A stretch of 64,000 bases of DNA. Source: Novakomyces olei. Its lineage: Eukaryota. The notes beneath the pieces are model-generated. The model had not been told where the DNA came from. It ran no database searches and worked only from the letters and a program-made list of their open reading frames with translations. Shown piece by piece: positions 26,300 to 40,122 of the stretch. Location of the stretch: the NCBI GenBank assembly GCA_016906335.1, contig JADEYG010000001.1, positions 496,001 through 560,000 on the forward strand. Direction: 5' to 3'. Within the stretch, counting starts at the first letter, position 1. The number at the start of each line of letters is the position of its first letter. The position numbers and the translations under genes are program-made.

Positions 26300-27255
26300 G
26301 CAGCACTTTGTCATATAATGAATGATACATAAAATAATATAGATAGCATGGAGGCATGGAGATACGAGTTATTGCCTATTATTGTTTGGTTTAGAATAAT
26401 ATTAGAACAAGTTTTGTTGAGAAAAGTCTGCCGCAAGTCAGTGCATCTTTAAGATTGATTGTGATTATAACATTATACAAATAATCTTTGTCGGCCGCAG
26501 CTTCTTGTTCTTCATAAATAAGAGGACAAAAAGAGGCTACTTGTCCACAGTAACCAAGATGTATCTTTATCCGGCTTTTGGCCAAGATACCAGGGTTGAG
26601 ATATCGTCAATGACTCGCCAGTTTATTCTTTTGTTCTTACTATTTAATGCTATTTAATTCTATATTGTGTGGCAAATAAATGGTACAATCTTTCTGCCGT
26701 TGTCAATCCACTTTTTATTACAGTGTTTAAAGTGTTTACACGGTATCTACCCCATATCTTTGCGTGTCCAGCTTCTACGAAAAAAAGAGACAAGGGACAC
26801 GGGTACCCGTCCATCAATGGCGGACAGTAGAAGCGGTAAAACGGCAGCTCGAGCCTCTTCAAAGCAATACACTATTTCTGTTTACTTTGTACAAGTAAAG
26901 TCTGACAAAAGAAGTACTCGGCCGTCTCACAAAGGTACGACAAAATGTCCAAGATTGCCCATTGACCAAGTAAAGTCTCTGCCGCCTTGTACCCTGTAAA
27001 TCACGCTTTATTAGGAACGATACCGTATAATTAGCGTACATTTAGTTTTAGTATGGCGATAATAAATAAACTAAATAACTAAATAAAACTAAACAACTAA
27101 ATAATTAAATGATTAAATAATTAAATAAATAAACTAGTACGACATGTATTACCCGCACGCACGTATATTTCCGACTATTTACACTGTGCTTTTGACGACG
27201 ATCAATGAACGCGACTCGGCCGCTCTCGCGGCATTATCGTTAGACTTCAGCGCTA

Positions 27256-30200
27256 ATGCTAAAAATGGATTCAGGCTCGCTCCAGCTGGGCTCTGAGAAA
27301 CTGCTGGAGGCCAAGAAAGAGCCGCAGAATAGTGATTCTCTAAAAGGCGACAGCGTGGGCGACGATGTACAGATCAGCGATCAGAGCCGCCGGAGCGACT
27401 CTGATTCTGAGCCGGCCGGACTTGCCTCAGAGGGCAAGGGCAGCGAGCAAGATCTGGCCCGAGGCTTAGGCCAGACGCAACACAGCTTTGAGCAAGCGGA
27501 AAGGGAGACTGAAGAGTCGTCCGACGGCATTTTACATGTTCAAGACATCCAGCTTCCAACAGAGCCGCGCAGGGTTAAAGTGTACGAAATGGACGCGGAC
27601 AATTGGGAAGATCGGGGCACGGGTTACTTTAGAGGCGCTTTAGAAGCGGTAAGCGCATCCAGCATGAGTACCGATCGTAGTACTGATCTATAGGGTAATG
27701 CGTTTTTTGTTGTGGACTCGGAAGTGGACGATTCAATACTGTTAAAAACGCGGATTCTAAAGGAGGATGTCTACACGTGCCAAGAGGGTATGATTTTAAA
27801 CGCGAAATTATTGAATGGCTATATATATTTATTTTTATTTACATCGATCAATGGATAAACCAATAGTTTTGATATATATGTATATTTCTTTTCATTTGTT
27901 TATTCATTTATTTGTCAATTTTTTTTTTTGGCTTGCTTACGTTTATCCATCTTGACGTTCTCTCTTACGTTGACTTTTTGCACCTTTTTCCTAACAATTT
28001 AGAAACGCTTATTGTATGGCAAGAACTCGATGGCCGAGATATTGCCCTTAGTTTCCAGGAAAGTGAAGGGCGGCAGCAAACGTGGGATTATCTATATAGC
28101 GTACAGAGAGCACTAGGAGGCCCCGGCGAACTTCCGAGGTACTTTACGGATGGTGGAGGAGGCGACGATTTGCTCAACGATGAGCTCGATGCCTCTCTGA
28201 ATGCAGAGCCGGTTCCCCTGCCAGACGTAGACTTGAATCATCTCGATGAAATCCACGAAATTGTGCAAAGAAGCTCACACAATCTTGCGCAACGCGATCA
28301 GCTGGTGAAAGCAGTGGCTGATAGGGAATATGTTGTTCAGTTAATACGGCTGTTCGAGACGTGTGAAGATTTGGAAAGCTTGTCTGATCTACATAAACTA
28401 TGTGGTATTATGAAGACCCTTATACTGATCAACGATGTGGCCATCTTTGAATATATATTGAAAAACGAGGCCACTATTATCGGTGTAGCCGGTGTCCTTG
28501 AATACGATCCAGAGTTTCCAAATTACAAGGCAAATCACAGAAAGTATCTAAAAAACAGTGCTCGGTTTAAGCAGGTTGTTCCCATTAAGGACAGGGAAAT
28601 ATTACAAAAAATCCATGCAACTTTTCGATTACAGTACTTTCGGGACGTGATTCTTGCCCGCATTTTGGACGACCCTATTTTTTCAATATTAAATACGTTT
28701 ATATTCTTTAATCAGGTCGATATTGTACAGTATTTGCAGCACAATGAGCCCTTTATGACTGAACTATTTGGTATATTTGACCCAAAAAAACCGGAATATT
28801 ATGAGGCAGCCGATGATAAACGGAGAGACGATGCTGTTTTGTTTGTACAACAGTTCCTTCTCATCAGCAAATCGCTGCAGGCCTCGTCACGCTCTTCTCT
28901 TTATTCAACGCTAATACATCGCGGACTGCTTTGTATGGCTCAGTACAGTATGACGTCAGGACGGCCTCGTATACGTAATGCGGGGACAGATGTTTTGATT
29001 TCTATTATCGATCACGATCCTTCTGCCATCCGGCACGATGTCCTGGCGGCATATGAACAAGATTCTTCTGTGCAGAGAGGCGAAAAACGGCAAAAAGTCG
29101 GGGAGCAGAATTACAATAATATCATTGATAATAAACAAAACAATAAAAAACTTAATACTAAAGATAAGAATAATCACGAGAATCACAAGGGTGGTTACGG
29201 AAAAAGCTTCCTCGACTCTCTTGTACATATGCTTCATACTGAGCCTGATATAGGGATAAGGATGCAAGTCGCAGAAGCAGTCCGGGTCCTTGTTGATCCA
29301 ATGGCGGGCCCAGTGCAAGAGTCCAGGCAGCCTAATGAGCCCATGTTTCGACGAGCAGAAGACCCTAGGGTTAATCAGTTTATTCAAGCAGTATATACTC
29401 ATTCCGCAGCCAGTCTTTTTGAGCCGCTATTGACGGAGGAGGCCCCTTCTTCGCCAACTAGCGTAACAAATTTCGATGCACAAAGGGTTGCTCTTTGTGT
29501 TTGCCTCTGTGATTTGTTGTCTTTCTTTGTACGTGCTCACGGACCTCGAGCTCAACGGTTTCTTATGGGAAACGATCTTTTGGAATCAGTTTGCACTCTC
29601 TTCACAGCAGAGAGTCGGCATAAGCCTCTGCGATTAGCCGCTTTGAAGTTTATACGTACCTTTCTCACCTTTTGCGACGAGGACTGTGTGACTTGTTTTG
29701 CAAATATAGGCACTTTTAACCGTCTTTTTGACGCTTATTACGCAATGCATACGTCTGATAACCTATTATCCTCCGCGTGCCTTGAGTTGTTTGAGCACGT
29801 CTCTCGTAAATACACAAACAGGTCAGTCATAAAGGCCCTGCTTCAACATCGGTCTGCTCAGGTTAAAAAATTGGCTCATATTTCCACGTTTAGAGCATTG
29901 GCTTCACAGTACGATCAGTTGCGCGAGGATAATATTGGAGAGAATAATGTTGATATTGATAATAATAATATCGATAATAGCAATGATGATAACGATAGAG
30001 TTGGCAAAGCTTCTGGAGAGGGATCGCCCTCAAACGCGGGTCAAATGTCGTATATCGATACTGCAAGTGATGAAATTAATGTAAGACAAGATTCCCGGAA
30101 TCACGCTTCGCACTGGCTAGAAAAATCCCTGAGACGTACAAAGCGGTCTCTTGTAGATTACGATGATGACGAAGATGAAGACGAAGAACCGTATCAATCA

Positions 30201-30620
30201 AGTGGGAAAAACGGATCAAAAATGGTGCCCTTGAGAGCAGATGAGCAGAATGGCATTGAAAATGGGGATCAAGTTATAAACGAAATTGATCAAAACAAAA
30301 ATAATCAAGATGAAATTGATCAGGATAAAAATGATCATGATAATGTCGATGGTTCTTTTGAAAATTCTTATGAAGGTTCTAATTCTGCTCATGACATTTC
30401 GCCAATTGATACAGTTGGCGTTGCTTTACATATTGAAAATGCAGGCTCCTCTCCAGAATCTGATCCTGTGCGGCAAAGTAGTCCGGAAAAGCCATTGTCA
30501 AAAAGGCAGCGAAGTGCAGATCTCAAAGATTTGCAAAGGGGGAAAGGGGAAAAATCAGCCTCTCAAATTGTAGAGCAAGAGGACGCTGAGAGTGATTCCA
30601 AACGGAAAAAGGATCAATAA
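27256..30620 (+). CDS. PSY2: Protein phosphatase 4 regulatory subunit 3 (Psy2/SMK-1)
   Basis: EVH1-like RRVKVYE..WEDRGTG..TLIVWQE..ALSFQE; SMK-1 domain LEYDPEFP..ANHR, IHATFRLQYFRDVILARILDD; two introns. Confidence 0.92.
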
Positions 30621-31090
30621 TGCCACCGCCGACAATGGAGAAGGTCTATTGTCTGACAAAGCTAAGAATTGATTTTCGGGAAGGCGACTATTACAGTGTT
30701 GGAGTATGGATTTGGCTTCATTATTCACAATTATTATTATTATTTATTTTTCATTAAAATTTGGCTTTACTTTTGACATGTTTTTTTTTAGCGCATTTAT
30801 AGATTCCTGTTATATGTTCATCTGTTTTTAATCTTATATTCTTTTGTTTCGGCTTTTCCCATATTGCTCGATTTCTTCGTTATTCAATTTCTTCTATTGA
30901 TTTAATGGTTAGATTATTTCATTTAAATTTAGCTTTTCCACATTTGCCAACTCTTCGTTATTGGCCTGCCGTGCGTTGAAAAAAACGATGAAAAATGGTC
31001 AATAAATTTGTCGTTCTTTTCATTGATCAATATAGTTAGAAAATACTGAATATAAAAGTATTTGACAGTATTTAATTGTGTACTACAACC

Positions 31091-32742
31091 TCAAAGCTTT
31101 GATGCTTTTTTAGTCGCTCCCCGCTTCGGAATTAGTTCGGAAAGGGCTTTTTCCGAGTTTAGCACGCTTTCGGGATAAGGTAGAGTGCCGATGCCCCTAT
31201 ACAACTTGTGAGACCGGGAAAAAAGGGTATAAGTACGAAATATTGTATAAAGAATACAAAATCTCAAATAAAATATGAAATTATAAAGTTAAGATTAGAG
31301 AAAACAAGTAAAAATCCAATAAAAGCAAAACCAAGAATGATTTACAATTTGCAAGCGCCTCCGTCGACTACAAGAATATGGCCCGTTATCCATTCAGCCG
31401 CTGGAGAGAATAAGAATACTGTAGCGTCTGCTATATCGCGTATTGAACCCATTCTTTGCAATGGGATCAAAGCAAGATGATGCTTTGCCATGCTCTTGGG
31501 TAGCAGTCGATCCATGCCTTCAGTTCCTTGAATAGAGCCTGGAAATTAGACTTTAGTTTGCTGCTAAAGATTGGCGTTTATACAAAATTTGTTTCCATAC
31601 ACTTTTTCTTATTGTTTTTGAATATATTTTATTATTCGTAATTGCTCTTTCTGTATTTCTTGCAATAAAGAAAACTTACCCGGAGCTATGCAATTGACGC
31701 GAACTCCAAATGGACCCAATTCTGCTGTCATATTAAGCATGAGAGCGTCGATTCCAGCTTTTGCCGCGGACACGTGAGCTTGAAAAGGAGTCTAGACACG
31801 GAGTATTTAATAAAAGCTTGAAATAATTTAAATAAATTGCAAAAATAAATTTAAGAATTCGGTCATTTAATTTTGAAAAAAAAAAAAAGACTAAACTAAG
31901 TTTAAATAACAAATACAAATTGCGCAAAACTCAAAAGAACTAACCCCATAATAGTGTAGAGTCGCAGAAACAAACAAAAATGCACCCTTCGACTCTTTGA
32001 CAGCGGCTAAGGTTGCTTTGCATGTATTAAACGTCCCCAACAAATCGATCGCCACAACTTGCCGAAACGCATTTTCCGACAAATGCTAATAAATCAGAAA
32101 AATGATACTTCTGTCTCATTTAATAGCATTGTCTCTTTTCTTTCTAATTTAATGTACCTCTATGTCGGACAGAAAATTGCCTAAAGTTAGACTAATGAGC
32201 AAATTGTAATCTTACCAGCCGCCCCACAGATAACGTAATCGATTCTTCCAAAAGCTTCGAGTGTCTTTTGCACGGCAGATTTCATTTGCTGCGGTTCCCG
32301 AACATCTGCCACAATCCCCAAAACGTTTGCGCCTGATCGAAGACTTTTAATTTCATGGGCAGTTTTCTAATAGTCAGTCGATGGAGATAGATCCGAATGA
32401 ATTTTATTTATTTTAGCAAATTTTAAACTTTATATTTTTGTTTTCTGTTTTCGTGTTTAATACTCTTGGCATTGCCTTTAAAATCCCAAAATTCCTACCA
32501 TCGTCTTTTCCATTTGACGACCGGTAATTACGGCATCTGCGCCCAGGGCGACCAGAGCACGTACCTGCCCGCCGCAAATTGTGCCCTGATTAGACTCAGC
32601 AGGGCACTTTTAACCCGAGATTCTTACAGCTCCGCCTGTGCAGAATACGACTTTACTAAAAAGTTAATAATATTCACGATTGAGCGAATTACTCTTTGAA
32701 TAAATCATCGCGGAAAACGGTTGTGCTGTACTGTCCCGACAT
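31091..32742 (-). CDS. SPS19: Peroxisomal 2,4-dienoyl-CoA reductase
   Basis: Multi-exon reconstruction: [68 protein letters not shown]; ends in PTS1 -SKL. Confidence 0.92.
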
Positions 32743-32755
32743 GCCGGCCCGACCT

Positions 32756-32841
32756 TTCAGTGTGGGGCCCCACACTGAAGATGAGATGGTATTTATACTA
32801 TATTTTTCTGTAGGCTGGCTATATGGGCAATGTGGCCGAGG
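32756..32841. promoter_or_regulatory. SPS19 proximal promoter: 24-bp palindrome with inverted SYGGRG sites, TATA box and CCGAGG motif
   Basis: TTCAGTGTGGGGCCCCACACTGAA at 32756-32779; TATAAATA on the minus strand at about 32790-32797; CCGAGG at 32836-32841. Confidence 0.55.
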
Positions 32842-33448
32842 CTAATCTACAGCGTATATTATAAAGTCAAAAGAAATTTGAGCGTAGTCAGGTCACAAGT
32901 AACGTTGAGGGTTTCTATAGACTCATAATCATGTGAACACTACTTGTGTATATACCAAGTATACATTACAGTTATAGCTCCTAATGCTCTGCGACTCTAA
33001 TTGCATTTTTGCTTTTTGTCGGGATAAATCTCGACAATTTAAAGCTGTGCAATAACGCGCAAACGCGGAACGCGTTTGCACTGCCAAAGTATACAACGGT
33101 AGTGTTGGTGGAAAAAAGTACAATTACATTACACAGACTTTGATTCGAAAAGGAAGACCACAAACAGCGCACAATGCTGTATACAATTAGTTTGAAATAA
33201 AATTTGTTTGAATGCTATTTCAATTATGAATGCTGTTTACTTGTTTCAAGTTGTTGTGTACGATACGCGCTATACGCAAACAAAGTAGCAAATGTGACTC
33301 GCGGATAAGATGCAACAAACATGGGATATAAGGCACAGTAATATGTAACAAGAAGGGAGACGGCTCTTACGCAGCACTGTATATCACAGAAATAGAAGAG
33401 GAATAGAAAGGGCAGTAATGGCCTCGGTGCAGACGGAATCCCAAAAGT

Positions 33449-36400
33449 TTATTGCCCTTCGTGCTCGCGTTCCCGCATGTAATGGTACGCGTTCATGTAA
33501 CTCTGATCGTGAGCGATAGGCATAGAGGCAGGCGGCGGCGACGGGTAATACCCCGCTATTCCATACGCCCCACCGACACCCCCACTTAAACCACCGACAC
33601 CCCCACTTAAACCACCTGGACCCCCACCTGGACCCCCACCTGGACCCCCACCTGGACCCCCACCTGGACCCCCACCTAGACCCCCACTTGGGCCTCCACC
33701 AGCCATAGGCGGAAACTGGCCGGCATACATGTTTGGCGGCAAGCGCATATTATTCTGCAACATTTGTGCGTGAGCTTGAAACTGATGAGGCGAGAGCAAT
33801 TGAGCTGCTGGAGATTGGGCTGCTAAGTAAGGCGAATGCGATGGGGCATAAGGCGCAGGCGGAAAAGGAGAATGAGCATCAAAGGCATAGAAAGGCGGCG
33901 CGTTCGGCTGTACTCCCCAAAAAGCATTTTGAGAAAAATGCACAGGAGATTTAATAACACGTCCAAACGACTTTGCCGGCAGAGGTGAGTGTGTACGTGG
34001 ACCTGCTCCTTTCATACTGGAAGCTGATCTCGTCCCATTCGCCCGCGAGACCTTTTGGTGGGTATGGTGCTGCTGCTGCTGCTGATTATGATGATTTTGG
34101 TGCTGATTTTGGTGCTGATGATTCGGATGAGGCCCAGCTGGTCCTCGATACTGATTAGTGGAGCCCGGAGCAGAGGCGTTGGCTGGGCAAGTGGGCAGCC
34201 TTGCCTCCTCCATCAGCCGACGGTAGTTTTGACTTGAAGGCATCATGCGCAACAGTAAGCCTTTGATCTTTTGCACTGCTACTGCCCTAACCTGTGGGAT
34301 AATACACGAAAGGCTCTTGTACAAAAACGCTGGCCCGTGATTGGCTTCGAGCAGGATCTGTTCTAAAATCTTATCGGACGTTTCCGGGTCGAGAAAGAGC
34401 CTGTTGACGATTTCTTCCGATTGAGGAAGCAATTTTAACAGTGTCAGACTCGATAATTTGTGAGTGGCTAACTGTGGCAGACTGTTTACGGCTGAAGCGG
34501 CAATCATTTCGTTGCGATTAGGAAAAGTGCACGTTTCAAATACCCACGTCAGAAGAAGGGCTCCATTAGCATTTGCCGAGAGCGGGATTGTCAAAAAGGT
34601 AATAATAGCCGTCATGATTCTCCTGTGTGGGATAGAGAAATTATCGTTTTCCAAGCAGGCTCGCATTGCTCTCGCACCAAAGCGGCCATGAGCAGTTTCC
34701 CAGCATTTAGCCGCCATTGCTTTGGCAATAAAGGTGTGATGTTCCTGTGCAAACTTCAAACAGCACTGTAGCACATAATTGCCATACTGGTCCAGAAAAA
34801 GCGGGACGCAATAGGGCTCAAGAGAATCCACAATTAGCTTTATCTGCTCCGGGGTGGAGGCAACGTCAATAATCTTTTGAATAGCCCACGTTCCATTTTT
34901 GTGTACCCCACACGCAGCAAAATGTGGGGCAATTCGCTCGAGCATTGCTTGCCTCAAGTCATCAGAAGCATACTGAAAGAGCTTTTGCACGATTGTGTTT
35001 CCGATATAATCACTAGTAAGGACATCAATATCTTCCATTAAACCCCACGCAATTTGGTCAATGTCTTGCGGGGAACAAGTGCCGCTATCAATACGTCGTC
35101 TGATATCCCTCAGCTCACCATTATCCCACTTGAGACCACCATGACCGCCCACATCTGGCGTGGGCGGGATTTCCTTCTTATACTCCATTGCAGAGGCGGT
35201 CTCAAGGAACGTTTTCGCCGATTGCAATTCATCGGATTCTGCCCCTAACGCACTCAAAATCTTTAGCAATTCTTCCATTATACCCGAAAGATCATGTGCT
35301 CGGTCAAGGATCTCTGTTTGCTCCCTATCCCGGGCAGCATCGAGATCGCTTTTGGAACAAGGAGTAGGGTTAGGGTTTGACATCATAGGGAAACTATAAT
35401 TAGGGTTGGGAGTAGGGTTAGGGTTGATACTGGGGTTGTTGATACTGCTCTGTGTGCTGACGCTTGGCACTGAAGGCGACAAGGCGCCTGTGCCAGTACC
35501 CATACCGGTACCGGTGCCGGTGCTGCTATTACTGCTGCTGCTGCTCGGAACTTTGGCAAACCCTATTTTTGAGGGCCCATTGCCGGCAAAGATATCAAGC
35601 CCGTCGAGCACTTCACGTGCCCTAATTGCCTCTGAAGCAGATTTGAAATTGATAAACCCACAGCCCTTGTGTGACAGGACCCGTGCGGATTCAATATCGC
35701 CATAGTATGAAAAAATACCGTGCAATTGGGCAGCAGTCACACTTGTCGGAATATTGCCCACCCATATGGCTCTGGTAGGAGTGACCTGTGTAAGATTTGT
35801 TATCTGCAGCTCGTCGGCTACTCGATTTATTTCCGAAGCATCGCCCATATTTCCGACCTTGAGCATTTCATCATCGAGCCCTGGAGCATTGCTTGCCAGC
35901 TTTGGCAGTGCTGGAACCTCGACAGAGGCACTCGCTGTCTGTGCCCGAGGCCGTAAAGGCAAATAGGCAGTTGAGGCTTCAAAAGAGCTCTCAAATCCGG
36001 GCGAACGAACATGGCCATTGTTACCGCCCCTATTAATACCGTCATGAATGTTGTTGTTATTGTTGACACTGCCCTCATCAATACCGCGAATAGATGCAGA
36101 ATAAGACCGGATTCGTGTAGCAATAGAGCCCCGATTAGAGTCATAAAATTTACGAGAGCTTTGAGGAGACGGTAACTGACTCGTGGCTGTTACAGGCTGA
36201 GAGTCTTCACCAGAATCAGTGGCCAGACCGAGGTAATCAAAGGCGCGGATAGGCACCGAATCCGAATCCTCGTCTCCAAACCGCTTAGGCTCCTCCTCTT
36301 CTTCCTCAGCAGTCTGTGTTTGCTTTTGCGACACAGGAAACGACGGGTGCACGTCCGCAGAAGGCCAGTACCTTGAAGTCGTATGAACTGCCGCTGGTGA

Positions 36401-36898
36401 TTTACTGGGAAATGACGCATGAACCCCGTTATTGCTATTATTTACTGAAAGCCGAGCCGGAATGTTTAGAGACCCGGAGCGTAGCCGTGAAACTGCATCA
36501 CTTTCCCCACCAGACAAAGCTAGATTACGAAAGGAAGAGCCCGGAGGTGACTGGCCCCGGTTCGGAGTGGCCGGATGGGTTAGTCCTCCGGCCGATGGGC
36601 CTGGACCGTATCGGCCTGTGCCATCGGGATTAAGAGGCCAATCAGAAAGCAGTTGAGTCGGCGGAGAGAATCGCGAGGGGACGGTACCTGCACGCGCACG
36701 TCTTTGAACTCCTCCTCCGCCGAGAGAAAAAGATGGGTGCGGTAGCTCTTCATCATACTGTGCAGAGGCTGCAAAGATAGAGCCCTGCGGACTCGGCCCA
36801 CCTCCTGTTTGATCGCTCATTAGATTTGACGAGGATAATTTGCTTGATGGTAGTTCGCTTGCTGGGTTTAGTGGATAAAATGGGCTTGCAGAGTCCAT
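33449..36898 (-). CDS. JSN1: RRM + Pumilio-repeat RNA-binding protein (Jsn1/Puf1-Puf2 type)
   Basis: [31 protein letters not shown]; Puf repeats [46 protein letters not shown] low-complexity tail. Confidence 0.92.
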   Translation of the reverse strand: MDSASPFYPLNPASELPSSKLSSSNLMSDQTGGGPSPQGSIFAASAQYDEELPHPSFSLGGGGVQRRARAGTVPSRFSPPTQLLSDWPLNPDGTGRYGPGPSAGGLTHPATPNRGQSPPGSSFRNLALSGGESDAVSRLRSGSLNIPARLSVNNSNNGVHASFPSKSPAAVHTTSRYWPSADVHPSFPVSQKQTQTAEEEEEEPKRFGDEDSDSVPIRAFDYLGLATDSGEDSQPVTATSQLPSPQSSRKFYDSNRGSIATRIRSYSASIRGIDEGSVNNNNNIHDGINRGGNNGHVRSPGFESSFEASTAYLPLRPRAQTASASVEVPALPKLASNAPGLDDEMLKVGNMGDASEINRVADELQITNLTQVTPTRAIWVGNIPTSVTAAQLHGIFSYYGDIESARVLSHKGCGFINFKSASEAIRAREVLDGLDIFAGNGPSKIGFAKVPSSSSSNSSTGTGTGMGTGTGALSPSVPSVSTQSSINNPSINPNPTPNPNYSFPMMSNPNPTPCSKSDLDAARDREQTEILDRAHDLSGIMEELLKILSALGAESDELQSAKTFLETASAMEYKKEIPPTPDVGGHGGLKWDNGELRDIRRRIDSGTCSPQDIDQIAWGLMEDIDVLTSDYIGNTIVQKLFQYASDDLRQAMLERIAPHFAACGVHKNGTWAIQKIIDVASTPEQIKLIVDSLEPYCVPLFLDQYGNYVLQCCLKFAQEHHTFIAKAMAAKCWETAHGRFGARAMRACLENDNFSIPHRRIMTAIITFLTIPLSANANGALLLTWVFETCTFPNRNEMIAASAVNSLPQLATHKLSSLTLLKLLPQSEEIVNRLFLDPETSDKILEQILLEANHGPAFLYKSLSCIIPQVRAVAVQKIKGLLLRMMPSSQNYRRLMEEARLPTCPANASAPGSTNQYRGPAGPHPNHQHQNQHQNHHNQQQQQHHTHQKVSRANGTRSASSMKGAGPRTHSPLPAKSFGRVIKSPVHFSQNAFWGVQPNAPPFYAFDAHSPFPPAPYAPSHSPYLAAQSPAAQLLSPHQFQAHAQMLQNNMRLPPNMYAGQFPPMAGGGPSGGLGGGPGGGPGGGPGGGPGGGPGGLSGGVGGLSGGVGGAYGIAGYYPSPPPASMPIAHDQSYMNAYHYMREREHEGQ
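33569..33690 (-). repeat. Coding minisatellite encoding (GGPG)n / (GGLSGGV)n in the JSN1 tail
   Basis: Tandem 12-bp ccacctggaccc units plus 21-bp units. Confidence 0.9.
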
Positions 36899-38155
36899 GT
36901 AGCGTACTTGATAATTATAAAGCGGCGCACAAGCCGCCGGCTAGAGTTTGGTGCAATCCAGAAAACTGACAATAGTTACTCTGTCATGCACGACGAAAAG
37001 GGAAGCGGACTTTTCTTTAGAAATTTGATAAAACAGGGATAAAAATTCTGCTGCGTCGAAGGTTAGCGATCAATTTTCGGCCAGCAGTATGGGTCGTAGA
37101 CGATCTCAACTTGAATGGATGCAGTCCCTGGATAAACCAAAAATGAAAGAAAAGAGTAAAATGAAAGAAAAGAGTAAAATGAAAGAAAAGAGTATTGCTT
37201 CAATGCGATTTCTTTTGACCAAGAATTGCTGCGTCCGTGATTCAAGGTTTATAGTGAAAAGAGTGTATCCTCAAGACGCAAGGTCGACACGACGACGTAT
37301 GATTTTTGAAGATCAAGGCCACTGATTGAAATCTGGTCAATTAATTTAAACAATTAAAGAGCGATTCTGAATACCTTTTGAACCGAGAAGTGCAGTCCAC
37401 AAATATTAGCTGAAATACTTTTATGTTGAGGCTTTGCGAGTATCCGAGTCAAAGCTCTTCCAAGTTTGCCCTTACAGTGCAGAGGAGGCAGTTTCATCCA
37501 AGTCTTAAAGTACCGCGACTCGTTGTCCTCTGTGAAAAAAACTGTGTACTTGGCACAGCACAAATTTAATGGCAATAACAAGAGACCGGACTAGTCAAAG
37601 TCTTTTCACCAAATAAATGTATGTAGACGATAAAACTCACAATGCCCGCAAACAGCCAGCTGAGGACGTATGTACGATCAAAACCTTACTATCGGCAATG
37701 GAAAGAACAAAGCGTCTTTTAAACCAAAGCTGAGAGCAAACAGCACACAGTCGAATAACTGTATGCACCGTTTGCGTCTGAATTATCGCAAAATTATGGC
37801 AGCTTTACCTCGCAAGACGAAATGCAGCTGCCAATGCTGCTCGGAAGCAAATTCGAGTCGACCTTTTTGCGGAGAAAGCAGATACTGGGTAATCAAGCGG
37901 CTGAGGTATTAGAGGCCAATTAAACCAAAATTAAAGACGGCGGATTCAATAGCCGGTCTGAAGTTGCTACAGCGGCCACGCACGAGGCGTTTCTGTTTCG
38001 CGTATTGTGATTGGTATACTTGTGCGTCGACTGCTTGTACGAGATTTGTATAATATTTGCCATATATTATGCAAATCTTATATGAGCAGAGTCTATTATT
38101 TACAGAAAGTATTGTGCGTCATAAAACAGAGAATAAAGTGTAATATACCTCAATC

Positions 38156-38278
<123 letters not shown>

Positions 38279-38381
38279 GAACAGTTCTATACACAATTGA
38301 TTGGTTGTTTTACCGTTTGGCGACCACAAAAGGCATAAGAAAGGTCGTTTGTGAGACTAAATCATCTTGAGCCCTTGATTA

Positions 38382-39695
38382 ATGGAGACTCAGCTACAAA
38401 AAAAATCTCTTAGAGACGAGAATGGGCACACGGTGAAAAGCCGAAGGCTGAACGGTGCATCGAAAAGTAAATCAGACGAGGTCAATGATGAGATTGATTT
38501 AGAGCAGGGCGATGGAAATGGCGCTGTTGATGGAAATAGAGCCGCTAAAGACGGAAGCAGTGAGCACGAAATTAAAGATGACGATGAAGAGGAAGAGGAA
38601 GAAAGTATAGAAGAAAGTGACGATGAAGACGATGAAAGTGTCGAGTCTGTTGAGGCGTTGGCGCTCGGCCGAGAGAAACGTGCTACAGCAGGCAACAAGA
38701 TGCGTGCTTTACTTGCAAAAGAAGATCTAGATCAAGAGCTTGAAGACTTCAAAGACGAAGAGGATGATTTTGAGTTTGGAAGTGATCAGGACGTACAATC
38801 AGACGTGGACGATTCTGAACTGGAGTTGGGTTCTAGTGCAGACGAGGAGGACGACGCAGAGGAGGCTAATGCTGGCAGTAATCGAGCCGAGGAGGATGAA
38901 GATCTTTCTGGTGAGAATGAAATACAAGATGAGCAACGGCAAGCAAAAGGCAGGCGGAAAGTTGTTGAAGCTCATTTCAAAGTAAATGTGGCCGCTCGAA
39001 GGCGCGCTCAAAAGGAAAGGCAGAGCGCGTCAATAAAGCCTGCCACTAATGCCTCTAAAAAGGGACTGCGGAATGATGCTGGTGATGGCGATCGGATAAG
39101 AGCTTCATCGAGACGAACGACTGTTCTCGCAGCTCAGGCGACCCAGACGAGACTGATTGAAGAGGAGTCCCGACGTGCTTCCCTACCGAAACCTGCTCCA
39201 CTTGTAAAGGAGCGTCAGCTAACGCAAGAGGAGCGTTTAGCAGAAGCTCAGGAGACGGAAAAACGCAACACTTCTTCCCTGAATTATTACGAGGAACTGG
39301 AAGAACAGAGAAGGTTGGAGCGGGAACGATTACTAGCTCAATCGCACCAGCGATTACATGGACCGGCGGTCCGATTTTGGTCTGGGCGGGTGGAAGATAC
39401 GACAAATTCCAAGGCAAACGCGGGCGAAGAAAAGGATGTAGTGACGGCTAATTTTGTTTCAATTATACACAGTGATGATCCCGATATTGCTTGTACACTG
39501 TTTGGTAGTGGAGAAAGCAAAGCGCCTCCACCGCGAACACGAAAACTTTGTTTGATATCGGGTAAGCCGGCAAGGTTTCGCGATACACGCACAGGCCTGG
39601 AATACTTTGATTTACAGGAAGCTCGGCAAATTCGAGCCTTGGCTGAGGGAAAGGGTGTCTGGAGTCCGTTACTGTGCAGTTTTGTGCCATCTTAG
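38382..39695 (+). CDS. VPS72: SWR1 complex subunit Vps72/Swc2/YL1
   Basis: REKRATAGNKMRALL, acidic tract, RASSRRTT, LTQEERLAEAQETEKRNTSSL; YL1-C CLISGKPARFRDTRTG. Confidence 0.92.
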   Translation: METQLQKKSLRDENGHTVKSRRLNGASKSKSDEVNDEIDLEQGDGNGAVDGNRAAKDGSSEHEIKDDDEEEEEESIEESDDEDDESVESVEALALGREKRATAGNKMRALLAKEDLDQELEDFKDEEDDFEFGSDQDVQSDVDDSELELGSSADEEDDAEEANAGSNRAEEDEDLSGENEIQDEQRQAKGRRKVVEAHFKVNVAARRRAQKERQSASIKPATNASKKGLRNDAGDGDRIRASSRRTTVLAAQATQTRLIEEESRRASLPKPAPLVKERQLTQEERLAEAQETEKRNTSSLNYYEELEEQRRLERERLLAQSHQRLHGPAVRFWSGRVEDTTNSKANAGEEKDVVTANFVSIIHSDDPDIACTLFGSGESKAPPPRTRKLCLISGKPARFRDTRTGLEYFDLQEARQIRALAEGKGVWSPLLCSFVPS

Positions 39696-40122
39696 ATGTG
39701 TTTATTCGTAAACAATTGAATGATTGCTATACACTTGCGCAGCTAAACATCATTTGTATATAGCCATAGTACAGAAACATAATCGTTGTTACAGCATCAA
39801 AGCTGGGTACATTATCCAGTGTTGTGAACGCATGTAATTCGATACATACTGCTATCAAATATGAAAACGAATATTATTTTTCTACTTGCGTATAAACTTG
39901 ATTTGTTTTTATAAATGTGGACACGCTATATATTAATAGCATCTTATAATTTATATAACGCAAAATAATACGAATCCACAAAAGAACTGGAGAAATGTAG
40001 CAGTGAAACTCTTCACCGATTCGTTGGTCGGCCATATGCCTATATATTCAAGATGCGTTTTCATTACAATTTCATGTAGTCCACCGTCCCCAAGGATATT
40101 TCCATATGCTAAATGCCAATTT

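Noticed and set aside
31200-31352. Non-canonical GC donor in the last SPS19 intron
   Set aside because: A canonical TT|GTAAAT..TAG|G junction keeps the frame to -SKL.
35364-35430. TAGGGTTAGGG telomere-like runs inside JSN1
   Set aside because: Explained by coding NPNP/NPTP low-complexity repeats.
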